This document shows positions 32,727-43,279 of a stretch of 64,000 nucleotides of DNA, one piece after another. Source of the stretch: Diplonema japonicum. Taxonomy: Eukaryota > Protista > Euglenozoa: Diplonemea. The DNA lies in NCBI GenBank assembly GCA_964019335.1, contig OZ025725.1, positions 372,001 to 436,000 on the forward strand, in the 5' to 3' direction. Position 1 is the stretch's first letter. Each line of letters begins with the position of its first letter. The position numbers and the translations under genes are program-made. The notes beneath the pieces were generated by a model. That model did no database searches and was not told the DNA's origin. It saw only the letters and a list, made by a program, of their open reading frames with translations.

Positions 32727-33575
32727 ATGGTGAGCGTGGTGTGGACACCAGACGAGGCGGTGACGGGGTGCCAGCAATGCGGGGTGGGTTTCAGCTTCTT
32801 GCTGAGGAGGCACCACTGCAGAGTGTGCGGAGAGGTGGTCTGCGGGAGTTGTATACGAAACAGCCGGGTGACAATGGAATGGCAACAAGGGTCGAAACAG
32901 CTCAAGGTGTGCAAGGGCTGCCGCGGCGCGGCCTGGATGCCCGACGGCGACGCCAGCACCTGCCGACAATGCGAAAGCCCATTCACAATGACCACAAGAC
33001 GACATCACTGCCGAAAATGCGGCAGAATATTCTGCTCCTCATGCTGCGCCTTCAAGAAGGACCTACCAACCTCCCCAGGCAAGGTACAGTCGTGCCGGGT
33101 ATGCTGGGGCTGCTCCGACTCCTCAGAAGCTGTATCATACTCGCATCCACCACGACAATCGTTTTTTCGAAGGGTGTTAGGAATTCCGGTCAAACCTGAA
33201 GACCAGGACGACGATCTTTCGCTAGGGTCACAAGACACCCCTAGTGTCGTGGAGCTGGATAATATAATGGATCATGATGAAGAGGAGGATGAGCAGGTGC
33301 AGAATCGTAGTGACAGTGCCGAGCGTCCCTTCCAAGCTCCATCATCACCTGCGTCAAGCAAAAGATCGGGTGATGAGGATGATGATTGTGCGGTCGTTCT
33401 CGGCACACCGCCGGCTTTCAAGTGTAATGGGAAGAAGAGTTCCACTAACACGCTTGCTGTGCCCGCCGTCCCTCATAACCCCTCTTTCGTCGGGCTGGAC
33501 GATTTGGACGACTTACAAGTCGGTCCAGAATCTCTCTTCGAAAAACTGTCTTATCTTAGCACCGAACCTGCGTAA
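32727..33575 (+). CDS. Tandem double-FYVE zinc-finger protein
   Basis: Two WxPD..CxxC...RRHHCRxCG..CxxC motifs. Confidence 0.93.
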   Translation: MVSVVWTPDEAVTGCQQCGVGFSFLLRRHHCRVCGEVVCGSCIRNSRVTMEWQQGSKQLKVCKGCRGAAWMPDGDASTCRQCESPFTMTTRRHHCRKCGRIFCSSCCAFKKDLPTSPGKVQSCRVCWGCSDSSEAVSYSHPPRQSFFRRVLGIPVKPEDQDDDLSLGSQDTPSVVELDNIMDHDEEEDEQVQNRSDSAERPFQAPSSPASSKRSGDEDDDCAVVLGTPPAFKCNGKKSSTNTLAVPAVPHNPSFVGLDDLDDLQVGPESLFEKLSYLSTEPA

Positions 33576-34576
33576 GATTGGAGGAAGGGAACGGGAAAAA
33601 AAAAAAAAAAATGTATTTTTTTGTGTCAGTTTTGTTTTTTTTTTTTCGTGTGGGGGGGAGGGGTGGGTGGAATCAAAAAAAAAAAAAGAATTGGGGTTGA
33701 GGGGGGAAAAAAAAAAATGTTGATAATAAGGTTTTTTTTTTTTAAAAAAAAAAGGGGGGAGAGGGCTTGCTGTCGCTGTTTCCTTCCCCACCCCCCTCTT
33801 TTTTCTTCCCCTATTTGTGCGACGGTTCCGTTCTTGTGTTTTATACATCATCCGCTCCATCCATCCCCCCCCCCCCCCCCCGTCCCTCCCTAGCTACCGA
33901 GCTTTTACCTTTCCCCCCCTTTTTTTTTCCTTCTTACGCTATGTCGCCGCTCCTTTCTCCCCTCCCCCCCCCCTCCCTGATGGTATGGAACAATGACCAT
34001 GTCTAGCATCCAGAGCTGAAGGCTTACCTTGCTGGATAGAGGCTGAAAGCCCAATTAAACACCCCTTTCCCCCAAAAACTAAAAATCGCTCCAAGAGACG
34101 AAGAAAAAGAAAAATACGCTTTCTCCAGCACCCACCTTTTTTTTTTTTTTTTTTTAAAAACTGGTCTTGGACTGGTCTCAAAAAAAAAAAAAAAAAAAAA
34201 AAAGAGAGAGAGAGGGAGGGAGGGAGGGAGGGACGGGGAAGCGATTGGTCAGACGTGAAATTTTCTTTTTTTTTTTCCACAACAGGAGGAAAAAAAAAAG
34301 AGAGAAAAAAAAAGAAAACTGCCCAGATAAATGATAAAGAAAAGAGAAAAAGAAAAAGAAATGGTGTGTACAAGAATTGTAAAAGAACCCAAATTGGCAC
34401 TGAAGGGAATCAAAAAAGAAAAAAAAGAAAAGGAAAAAAAAAAAAGAGAGGAAAAAAAAAAAGATTAATGAACCTTGTATCCGCCTACCTGGTCGCAAAT
34501 GTTGATTAGGCAAAATGGCAAGCCGAAATGGGACTAGAACCCAAGAAAAAAGAAAATGGCAATAGAGGCAAAAGGG

Positions 34577-34608
<32 letters not shown>

Positions 34609-34856
34609 TTTTTTCTCCAAAAAAAATACGCTTTCACATTTTCTACCATTAACTTCTGCCCCCCCCCCCCCCCCCCGAGACATGGAGAGCGGAATCATCT
34701 TTTTTTTCTTCTTCTTTTTTTATTCGGTGCCCTGTTTATCTCATCTGTCCCTGTTTCTTCTTTGTCTCCCCCCCTCCCCGAGTCTTGTTATCTGTCTTCG
34801 GTTTTATATTTCTCTTTTTAATAAAAAAAAACAAATTGTCGAACCCACCAACAGCG

Positions 34857-36500
34857 ATGCCTTCTACCGACTGCGTTCTAGTAGGTGGAAAAGACCTTTT
34901 GCGGCCCTCTCGCAACAGAATGCTAGCGACGAGGGAACTACGCCGGCGCATGGTGACAGCACTGGAGAAGCTTGTGGAGTACATGGAAACAAAGCAACCC
35001 GAGATGGAAGCCGTGCTCCTCGAAAAACTAAAGAGCGTGGGGAAAGGGAAAGGAAGCGGGTGCATCAGAGCCGAACGTGGAGAGTGCCTCCGTGTTGAGG
35101 AAAGCATCATCACACTTCAAGACAAAACAGCCCTAGCTAAGCGGTTCCTTGAGAATCTTCACGCTAAAATTGAAGATGAAACTCTAAAAACCTGCGGCTA
35201 CACCCAGGACGACCTCACGGCCCTCACAACTGTCGTAGAGCACACAGAGGCTGTCAGCACTGATTACATCACCGAGGAAACCCTTACCCAGTTCATCAGT
35301 ACACAGGAACCTCCTGCGCTGTCCGTGGAGCTGGACCTTTTGGGCACATGCCACCTTTCTTCCGGTATCAATGTTGTTTGTACGGATCCCGTCCACCCCA
35401 GCCACCTGTACCTAGGCCTTGATGACGGGAAGATCCTCCGTTTTCTTATATCGCCTGCGAAGGTCGACAAGGCGTTGCGCTGCCATCAGTACCCCATCCT
35501 CCTCATCAAGTTGGCCGATATTAAGTCCTCTCGGTGCCTTATATCTTCCAGCAGGGACAAGACAGTGCGTGTGCTGAACCTCAAGACGGAAGAGCTGCTC
35601 TTCTGCTTCAACGAGAACGCAGGCTGTGCCATCAATGTCGTCGTCGTGCGCGACACTTTATACACATCGTCCTTCGACGGCAACGTGAGCTTCTGGAACC
35701 TCAAGCGGGGCACCCTTGACGGGCGGTTGATGCAAGTCAAGGGCCTCACAAACACGAAGTTTCTGGATAAAGAAATATTTGCAAGCACGAAGCTCGGGAA
35801 CTGCATACGATACTCCTTTGACTCTGAAAAAAGAAAAGCTGTGGGTTTGCACAGCTGGGCAGCACATACCAGCGCTGTGTCGTGCGTGCTGTACCACGAT
35901 GAGGAGTTCTTCATCACAGGGGGCGTGGACTGCAAGATCCACGTGTGGGACGTGAAGGGGGACCCGACGAATGTGAACCACGTGTGCACTCTCTCACGGC
36001 ATGTGGACACTGTCAACGACTTGGTGTGTTTCAACACGACCCTGTTCAGCGCAGGGGATGACGCGCTGATCGTTGTGTGGGACCTGATGACAGGGAACGC
36101 CTTCCGTGAGCTGCGGGACCACTACCACAACGTGACGTCTCTAAGCCTCGTGCAGTGCGTAGCATCGGTACACGACGTTCCCTTCACGAGGCTCAGCAAA
36201 TTGCTGGCGATGGATGAGGACGACACGTCCGACGGTGTTGCAAGTGCCGAAGCGCCTCGCTCCATTAGGAGGTTCACCCCCCGCATGTCGACCCCCGACG
36301 CCCTATGCAGCAGGGGCACGCTCTACGACGATGTCTCACAGTGGGACGTCCCCGCTACTGCAGACACCCCTTGCATCCCCCATGACCGAAAAGAGCCTGC
36401 CGAGGTCCCCATCACCATCGTCGATTCCGAACAGCAGTACAACATCATCTCCACCTCGCGGGACAAGAACGTCATGGTCTGGTCCTTGTACTGCTCGTAA
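34857..36500 (+). CDS. WD40-repeat protein
   Basis: SSSRDKTVRV, TSSFDGNVSFWN, TGGVDCKIHVWD, SAGDDALIVVWD. Start placed at the ATG after AG 34853-34854. Confidence 0.88.
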   Translation: MPSTDCVLVGGKDLLRPSRNRMLATRELRRRMVTALEKLVEYMETKQPEMEAVLLEKLKSVGKGKGSGCIRAERGECLRVEESIITLQDKTALAKRFLENLHAKIEDETLKTCGYTQDDLTALTTVVEHTEAVSTDYITEETLTQFISTQEPPALSVELDLLGTCHLSSGINVVCTDPVHPSHLYLGLDDGKILRFLISPAKVDKALRCHQYPILLIKLADIKSSRCLISSSRDKTVRVLNLKTEELLFCFNENAGCAINVVVVRDTLYTSSFDGNVSFWNLKRGTLDGRLMQVKGLTNTKFLDKEIFASTKLGNCIRYSFDSEKRKAVGLHSWAAHTSAVSCVLYHDEEFFITGGVDCKIHVWDVKGDPTNVNHVCTLSRHVDTVNDLVCFNTTLFSAGDDALIVVWDLMTGNAFRELRDHYHNVTSLSLVQCVASVHDVPFTRLSKLLAMDEDDTSDGVASAEAPRSIRRFTPRMSTPDALCSRGTLYDDVSQWDVPATADTPCIPHDRKEPAEVPITIVDSEQQYNIISTSRDKNVMVWSLYCS

Positions 36501-36616
36501 AGATTTGCTTTGTTGATATATTCTTTTTTTCTCTTCATTTACACCGTCTTTTTTTAAAAAGAAGTAATTGTTATTTCCATTTGCACGCACCCTGCTCTGA
36601 TGCACCATAAAGCTGT

Positions 36617-37882
36617 ATGGCCGCGGTCCAGCTGCCTGAGGCGAGACATGAGTTCGATGCCCTGCTAGAGAACGTGGCACTGACTGTACTTGAGAAGAGG
36701 TGGTGTAAAGGGAAATGCGTGAACGGAAGCATGCCCGTGAAAGGCGTAGAAGATGTAGTTTCGAGACTGGGGTGCTCTGTGACGCAGGGAGAGCTAGATT
36801 CGATCGTGAAGGCAGCAGGGTGCGGGGCAGTGGTGTCTGAGGACCAGCTGCTCTTTGTGGTGCGATGCCTGAAATGGCTCCACAGGGCTAACACTGCACA
36901 CCCGGATGTGGAAACGAAGCAGGCATTCAGAACTGTGGAAGACAACGAAGGCCGCGTCGATGTGAGCAAAATGCGGGAGATATGCAGCGAGTTCTGCCTC
37001 ACGTTCGACTGCGGTAACTTCCTTGAAGAGGTCTTTGAGAACCAAGGGGTTACTTACGAAGCGTTCAGGGACATCCTGCAGAAGGAAGAGCAGCGCTGCA
37101 TTGTTGAGGCTCAGACACCCAAGACCGAGTGCTCCTCACAGACTTCATGCATGCCCTCTCCGAAAAACGTAAAACCTAGTCATTCCCCCAGACCAGCGAC
37201 AGACCCCACAACAGTGAGGATCCGCCACCTACTCAAGTTAAAAAAAAACATGGACCCTAATTTTTCCAGTCGTTCTTCCTTGGTCATTTCGCCCGGCAAG
37301 GCGTCCTCGTCCAACGCAGAAGAAGAACCCCCGGGCAGTCCGTTTTATCGCGCCATCAGGTCGACACAGGAAGATTGGCTGCTCCTAAATAAGAAGCAGG
37401 TATTGCAGGAAATGCAGCACCTGATGGCCACCACAACGTGCGACGACATCGTGAAGGCAAGGTGCGGTTTGAACAAAGCAGTGCGGTGCAGGAAGTTCGG
37501 CACCTCGCCTTTAGTAGAATACACAATGCAGCAGAACGTGCCGTTAGTCAAGATTCACCCCAGCTTGCCGGTTATCGATATCGATTCCCCTCAACCCGTC
37601 GGTTTCGAGGACGTGGCAAAACTCAACAACAAGAGATGGAACGCGACTTCTGAGTCCTTCAGGCCGTTTAGCGCACACAGAAAGAACTTCCCTTCCGCCC
37701 CTTTCGCCCCCGTACTGACTCTGAACGAATGCGGGCTTGAGTCTCTTTACTTGTCTCCATCAACACCTGAGGAGATTCCAATCAGCACTCCCCCAAAATG
37801 GACACGGGACGACCTCCACAAAAGCCTTCGAGTTGTTGAAGCTGTCCGCTCCGTCCGTAGGAGGATACAGAGACCCCTTTGA
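36617..37882 (+). CDS. Hypothetical protein with degenerate calmodulin-like EF-hand N-terminus
   Basis: ETKQAFRTVEDNEGRVDVSKMREIC..F.LTFD and VTYEAFRDIL. Confidence 0.7.
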   Translation: MAAVQLPEARHEFDALLENVALTVLEKRWCKGKCVNGSMPVKGVEDVVSRLGCSVTQGELDSIVKAAGCGAVVSEDQLLFVVRCLKWLHRANTAHPDVETKQAFRTVEDNEGRVDVSKMREICSEFCLTFDCGNFLEEVFENQGVTYEAFRDILQKEEQRCIVEAQTPKTECSSQTSCMPSPKNVKPSHSPRPATDPTTVRIRHLLKLKKNMDPNFSSRSSLVISPGKASSSNAEEEPPGSPFYRAIRSTQEDWLLLNKKQVLQEMQHLMATTTCDDIVKARCGLNKAVRCRKFGTSPLVEYTMQQNVPLVKIHPSLPVIDIDSPQPVGFEDVAKLNNKRWNATSESFRPFSAHRKNFPSAPFAPVLTLNECGLESLYLSPSTPEEIPISTPPKWTRDDLHKSLRVVEAVRSVRRRIQRPL

Positions 37883-37938
37883 CTACCGTCATACGTCCTT
37901 TTAACCTGGCTATGACTATAACAATCACACAGGAATGC

Positions 37939-39072
37939 ATGATTTCTCTAAAGGACCCCACGTACAATGGCGTGCTGCCCAGCACTGTGTGGGTGGTGGA
38001 CAGCCCGCGATCTCTCGATGCCTGTGGGCTCTGCGGGGTGTACCCCGCTGAGCTTGTCGACGATGGGCTTGACGAGGCGCATAGGGCGCAGCTTCTCGCT
38101 CAAGTAAAGAGGAAATTCAAAGAGGTATGTAGCAACGGTGCACGGAGGGCGAAGCCACGGTCTTTGGAGCAGTGCGAGGAAGTTAGACCGCCACCCAAGG
38201 CCTTTGGCAATCACCGCATAGCTCACACCCTAGAGATGGAGCTGAAAACAGCATTGCTGGCGAAGAAGATTGAAAACAGGCTGAACACCAGCGCGGAGTA
38301 CCGCAAGAATTTGCAACTCGAACGACAGAAAAGGTTTCAAGAAGCGCATGAGTGGCACCAGCAGGTTTTGCAGAAACGGTGTCCCCCCTCACACGAGAGG
38401 AAACCTGGCGGCAGCTTACAAGCAACATTCACAGAACCAGCAGTGCCTCCGAAAACCATACAAAAAAAACAGCTAGCGATAGCAAAGCGACAGGCGCTCC
38501 AAAAGGCCAAACAGCTCAAGCTAGAGCGCAAACAGAAAGAGAGAGACATGAGAGCCTTGAATAACCTAACAGCTACAATTATGCGGCGGCAGGACACCAG
38601 GCAGGTGAACAAGGAAAAGCTTAACATGACCAGAGAGAAGGTTAATGAAGCGCAGCGACGCATTGCGATGGCGCAGGAGTACAAAGAGAGGTTGACAACA
38701 AGCAAGATTGTTGAGAGTGAAATGCACGCGCGACAAATGAACAAAGAGAAGAAAAGGCTCGAGCACCTCGCGCAGAAGTACAGAAAAGACAACCTAAACA
38801 AGTTGCACAGCGAAAGGGAACAGCTGGAGCAGATCGCGAAGCTTTTACATGACGGGAGGGACCCTGTAAAGATAGCTAAACAAGAAGGCATCGAGCTCCC
38901 CTCACCCCCTCCTCGCAGGCCTAGCACTGCACGCGTGTACAGGCGCCGCATGTCTCCCGAGGAACCTCTTGAATCTGAGACGGATGAACTTCTCCGGCGC
39001 TTACGCTCTGGAGAGATGATCGGTCCCCCTCTGAAGAATGAGCGTTACTACGCTAAATGGGTTTATGATTGA
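37939..39072 (+). CDS. Coiled-coil protein, CCDC177/DUF4659-like N-terminal motif
   Basis: DSPRSLDACGLCGVYPAEL followed by a charged coiled coil. ATG after AG 37931-37932. Confidence 0.7.
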   Translation: MISLKDPTYNGVLPSTVWVVDSPRSLDACGLCGVYPAELVDDGLDEAHRAQLLAQVKRKFKEVCSNGARRAKPRSLEQCEEVRPPPKAFGNHRIAHTLEMELKTALLAKKIENRLNTSAEYRKNLQLERQKRFQEAHEWHQQVLQKRCPPSHERKPGGSLQATFTEPAVPPKTIQKKQLAIAKRQALQKAKQLKLERKQKERDMRALNNLTATIMRRQDTRQVNKEKLNMTREKVNEAQRRIAMAQEYKERLTTSKIVESEMHARQMNKEKKRLEHLAQKYRKDNLNKLHSEREQLEQIAKLLHDGRDPVKIAKQEGIELPSPPPRRPSTARVYRRRMSPEEPLESETDELLRRLRSGEMIGPPLKNERYYAKWVYD

Positions 39073-39117
39073 AAGGATTATAAATGATTTACATTCCCGC
39101 TTTAACAGCATACAGGC

Positions 39118-39951
39118 ATGGATGGGCAACTGTTTGTATATGGGCCAGTGAAGGAGGGCGGCTGCAATGGATTGGTAGCAATGCGAAGCGGGAACGAGTG
39201 GCGGGAGAACGCCGTCGTGCATGTTGCAGGGCTAACCGACGGGCTGCTGTCGTGCCCGTGGGCAGTGAAGGTTAGCGATGCCCTTGCGAACGAGGGATGG
39301 TGCTTTGTGCAACCGATACTCAACAGCAGCTACTTAGGGTACGGGCTGAAGTGTCTTGAAGACGACGTCAACGACCTGGATCTTCTGTTCGCAACACTGG
39401 TAGTCCATGGTGTGCGAAAGGTGCTTTTAGTGGGACACTCTACAGGGTGCCAGGACATCGTGAAACTGCTGGCAAAGGGGGTCCATCACGAGTTAATCAA
39501 GGGAGCTGTGTACATCGGCCCTGTAAGCGACAGAGAGTACTACCAGTCGTTGCCAAATTATACCGAGCTCTTAAGCACTGCGAAGGAGAGGCAAGGCACT
39601 GACGAACTGATGCCTAGATCAACAGATGAAGCAGCAATATGTCCGGAAAGGCTGCTTTCCCTTGCTGAGAAGGGAGGGGATGATGATCTCTTCAGCTCCG
39701 ATTACACAAACGATGAGCTGCAAACACTGCTCTTTCCATGCACGAAGGTCCCCTCCCTCATCGTCATGTCCCTGAAGGACGAGTACGTTCCGTCACATGT
39801 TGACATCTCGGCTCAAGCTTCAAGACTCAGCACTGCCATGCTGTCTACACCGCCTCTGCTTCTCGACGACAACCACACCATCGTGTCGGACGCTAGCCAC
39901 GCGAAGCTGTGTGCTGCTGTGCGTAGCTTCGCTGAGTCTTGTAAAGGATAG
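39118..39951 (+). CDS. DUF1749 (UPF0613/SidJ-like) alpha/beta hydrolase
   Basis: GLTDGL, SSYLGYG, GHSTGCQD nucleophile elbow, PVSDRE, GDDDLFSSD. Confidence 0.9.
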   Translation: MDGQLFVYGPVKEGGCNGLVAMRSGNEWRENAVVHVAGLTDGLLSCPWAVKVSDALANEGWCFVQPILNSSYLGYGLKCLEDDVNDLDLLFATLVVHGVRKVLLVGHSTGCQDIVKLLAKGVHHELIKGAVYIGPVSDREYYQSLPNYTELLSTAKERQGTDELMPRSTDEAAICPERLLSLAEKGGDDDLFSSDYTNDELQTLLFPCTKVPSLIVMSLKDEYVPSHVDISAQASRLSTAMLSTPPLLLDDNHTIVSDASHAKLCAAVRSFAESCKG

Positions 39952-40010
39952 TTTCATTTTTTTTTTAAAAAAAGTACAATTTTTTTTTCATAATAAAATA
40001 CTACAGTACT

Positions 40011-43000
40011 ATGGCCTTGATACCAAAATGGTATTCAAGAAGCTTCGCTGGTTTGAAAGACTGCACTTTAGATTACTTTGGCGAAGTGCTGCTGAAAAAA
40101 GGGTCTGACCAGTTCCTGATCTGTGTTGTTACGGAGGGAGTGCTGTTCCTTGCGTACCCTAACGGGGAGGTGAAGGCAAACTACGAGGTTGAAGACATCA
40201 CGGGACATGTGAGGGAGGGCGGCATTGACCTCCTGACGATGCGGCTGGGGAAAGTTCTGCGGATAGAAAGCAGCAACAACGAACTGCAGACGGTGCTAGA
40301 GCGGCTGCGGTACCAACTGTCAGAATCAAGGAGCGAAAAAGAAAGAAAAGCAATGAGCTATATTCCTACTGACTTGATCTGCACCGAATGTGACACAGGG
40401 GCGCACTTTGAGCAGGCTCGGTACATCTGCGTAGATTGTGATGCCAAGCTGTGCCTGCGGTGCTGGGACACTGTGCACAGCCGCCATTCATCTTCATCAA
40501 CTTCGCATATCCAGTATCCCATCACCATGCCTTCGCCAGCACGACAGCTGGCACCCGCGCCCCAAACCCCGCTAACGCGCTCTCCCTTTCTCCATGATTC
40601 TCTCCCCCCGCCTGTTGAACCCGTCTTGAGCCCGCCACAGCCCACCCCCCAGCGAAGAAGGAAGGGAATTGAAGTGCCACCCAGACCCCGTACACCTTCC
40701 AGCAGTGAGGACAGCGACGACGAGGAGCCAAAGGCACATGAATTCCAAGAGCACCCTCACCACTACATGCCACGCGGGAACGATGCCATCCCGCCAAGGT
40801 ACATGACCGTGACAGCAGCTCTGAACCTCGCAATGAAGCACAAGAACTGCAAAGGCATCACTTACAAAGGGCACCCTGAGAAGAATTGCAAGGTACACGT
40901 CTTCTTCAAGACAAAAGTGATCATGCGCAGGGGTGGCTGGACAACGTGGACAAGAGGCGACAACGAAACTGCCACCCTCAAGCAAGACACCGCAGTACCC
41001 CTCCCTTTACCTGTTGCAGTAGCCGAGCCACCGCAAGCAAGTTCAACTGAAGTTGTGAAGCCAACTACGCAGACCAAAGAACCCCATTACCTACCCATTG
41101 AGTCTGGAAGGGAAACGTGGCTACCAGAAAGCATGAGCCAGCCGAAAGGGAACTATGCAGGGGGGATCACAAGGGCGCTCCTTGTGGGCTGCGACTACCA
41201 TGGGACGACAGGCAAGCTGCCAGACACCATGAAAGCGCTGTCCTGTCTCAGACAGCTCCTGAGCAGCACGGGAATGCAGTGTGAAGTGCGGGCCCTGACA
41301 GAGAGCAATCCATCAGCTCCCCCAACAAGGAGCAACGTGATGTCTGCTCTGCGGTGGCTCATCGAAGGGGTAATGCCCGGCAGCATCTTGTTCCTGTCGT
41401 TCATTGGACACGGTGGGCACCTGTCCTTTGCCCCCGTTGACCACGACACAGCGGGACTCATCACGAACAAGGAGATTGACGACATCCTGAAGGAGATGCC
41501 CCGTGGGAGCAAGCTTGTGATGCTGAACGACTTCTGCATGGGCGGCTCCCTCATCGACCTCCCGTACAGGCTCACGATGCAGGACCGCACTTTGAGTACT
41601 ATTCACACACCGCAGAAACCGTGCGACCCGGTAGTGGTGATGCTCTCGGGAAACAGGGCCATGCAGCAGGACTGCGTGGTGTCAGGGCTAACCATGACTG
41701 GCTTCGTGGGTGCCTTACATCAACTGAAGCGGCCCACCTATCAAGAGATACTGCAGACCGCCGTGAGCATCATGAGGCAGACGGGTGAGCGCATGCCCGT
41801 GTTGGAGGTGTCGAGCAGCCACTCCATCACCCCCACCAGCGAGTTCTTCCTCAGCATCGTGCCTGCGGCGAAGGACAGAGAGGACGAGCTTATCAACGAG
41901 ATCTTCGCTTTGACCGACTTGGACAAAGACGGTCTTCTTGGCTACACGGATATGGTGTACTTGTGCAGCAACTTGGGGAAGAAGCTCACCCCTGTCGCTT
42001 ACGAGAACATGTGCGAATGGTGCAGCACAAACAGCACAGGCCTCACACAGCAGCATCTCAAGAAGGTGTACAAGGAACTTGGTGCCGGAAGAGGCATCCA
42101 ACACGATTTAGAGATGCTCAAGTCCATGCGTGTGGAGCAGGCAGCCGAGCGGTCACGTGCAACATTCTACCCTGCTGCTGCCTCCAGCAGCCGACACTCC
42201 AGCTACAGCCCTAGCTCCAGCTCCAGTTCCGGTTCAAGTGCTGCCCGCCAAGCGAGAGAAGAGAAGAAGAAGAAGAAGAAGAAGAAAAAGATGCAGGACA
42301 AAAAAGAAAAGAAAGATAAAAAGGAGCGCAAAAAAAAGAAGGATGTGACTGAAACGGAGTACAGTACAGAGGGAGAAAGTGAACGACGGGGGGATGAAAA
42401 AAAGCAAAAGGAAGCGGAAGAACCGCGCGCCGAGAAACAGAAAAAAGAAGAAGAAAAGGAAAGCAAGGAAAAGCAAGAGAAGCCGGAACCAAAGCAAATC
42501 GAATCAAAGAAGGAGGACGAGCGGCCCAAAGTGGGTGAGGAAACAAAAAACGAGAGCGAAGCGCCGGGAAAGAAAAATGTAGAAAGCAAGAAGGACCCGG
42601 AAGTAAAAGACAAGAATGAAAAAAGCGGGGGGTCTAAAAGCGAGGATGAAGCGGTGGAAAACGAGAAAGCACAGAAAGAGAAAGGCGAAAAGAAGGACGG
42701 GAAAGAATCTAAAAACGAGAAGGAAGCGGTGGAAAACGAGACAAAGAACGAGAACGAGAAAAAAGACGAGAAAGAATCTAAAAGCGAGAAGGTACCTGAA
42801 CCGGAAGAGGTAACAGATGACAACGAAACGCTGAGAAAAAAAGGGGTAGAAACCAGGAACGACCTGAAAGCAAAAGACGAAGCTCCGGAAGAAGAAAAAG
42901 TCCCTGAATCTAAAACCGAAAAGGCAGCGAAGAAAAAGAAAGGAGAGAACAACGCGAAAGAACCTGAATCACAAGAGGTAAATAACGAGAACGAAGCACC

Positions 43001-43199
43001 CGAAAAGAAGAAAAAGGCAAAAGACGAAGATGCGCCCCCAACAGAGAAGAAAAAGAATAAAAACAAGCCCCCACCCCCACCTCTTTACCCTGAAGCACAC
43101 GACCCTTATAACGAAGTAGCAGGAGCCGGCTCACCAGCCTCAAAGAAAAACACAGCAGTTGCCCTGGACAACGAGGAAATCGACTTAGACAAATTTTAG
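40011..43199 (+). CDS. Multidomain metacaspase-like protein (B-box, peptidase C14, EF-hand, K/E-rich tail)
   Basis: CTEC..CVDC..LCLRCWDTVH..H; RALLVGCDY, PTRSNVMSALRWL, FLSFIGHGG, NDFCMGGSLIDLPY; DLDKDGLLGYTD. Confidence 0.85.
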   Translation: MALIPKWYSRSFAGLKDCTLDYFGEVLLKKGSDQFLICVVTEGVLFLAYPNGEVKANYEVEDITGHVREGGIDLLTMRLGKVLRIESSNNELQTVLERLRYQLSESRSEKERKAMSYIPTDLICTECDTGAHFEQARYICVDCDAKLCLRCWDTVHSRHSSSSTSHIQYPITMPSPARQLAPAPQTPLTRSPFLHDSLPPPVEPVLSPPQPTPQRRRKGIEVPPRPRTPSSSEDSDDEEPKAHEFQEHPHHYMPRGNDAIPPRYMTVTAALNLAMKHKNCKGITYKGHPEKNCKVHVFFKTKVIMRRGGWTTWTRGDNETATLKQDTAVPLPLPVAVAEPPQASSTEVVKPTTQTKEPHYLPIESGRETWLPESMSQPKGNYAGGITRALLVGCDYHGTTGKLPDTMKALSCLRQLLSSTGMQCEVRALTESNPSAPPTRSNVMSALRWLIEGVMPGSILFLSFIGHGGHLSFAPVDHDTAGLITNKEIDDILKEMPRGSKLVMLNDFCMGGSLIDLPYRLTMQDRTLSTIHTPQKPCDPVVVMLSGNRAMQQDCVVSGLTMTGFVGALHQLKRPTYQEILQTAVSIMRQTGERMPVLEVSSSHSITPTSEFFLSIVPAAKDREDELINEIFALTDLDKDGLLGYTDMVYLCSNLGKKLTPVAYENMCEWCSTNSTGLTQQHLKKVYKELGAGRGIQHDLEMLKSMRVEQAAERSRATFYPAAASSSRHSSYSPSSSSSSGSSAARQAREEKKKKKKKKKMQDKKEKKDKKERKKKKDVTETEYSTEGESERRGDEKKQKEAEEPRAEKQKKEEEKESKEKQEKPEPKQIESKKEDERPKVGEETKNESEAPGKKNVESKKDPEVKDKNEKSGGSKSEDEAVENEKAQKEKGEKKDGKESKNEKEAVENETKNENEKKDEKESKSEKVPEPEEVTDDNETLRKKGVETRNDLKAKDEAPEEEKVPESKTEKAAKKKKGENNAKEPESQEVNNENEAPEKKKKAKDEDAPPTEKKKNKNKPPPPPLYPEAHDPYNEVAGAGSPASKKNTAVALDNEEIDLDKF

Positions 43200-43279
43200 A
43201 CAGTAGTACATTGTATCCATGCTTTATGACAGTTACCTGATATAAGTACACCACTCGCCTCCACACCACACAGGGACCT

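Noticed and set aside
33976-34022. Possible C/D-box snoRNA (TGATGG..CTGA)
   Set aside because: Box C is imperfect and no rRNA guide complementarity was recognised.
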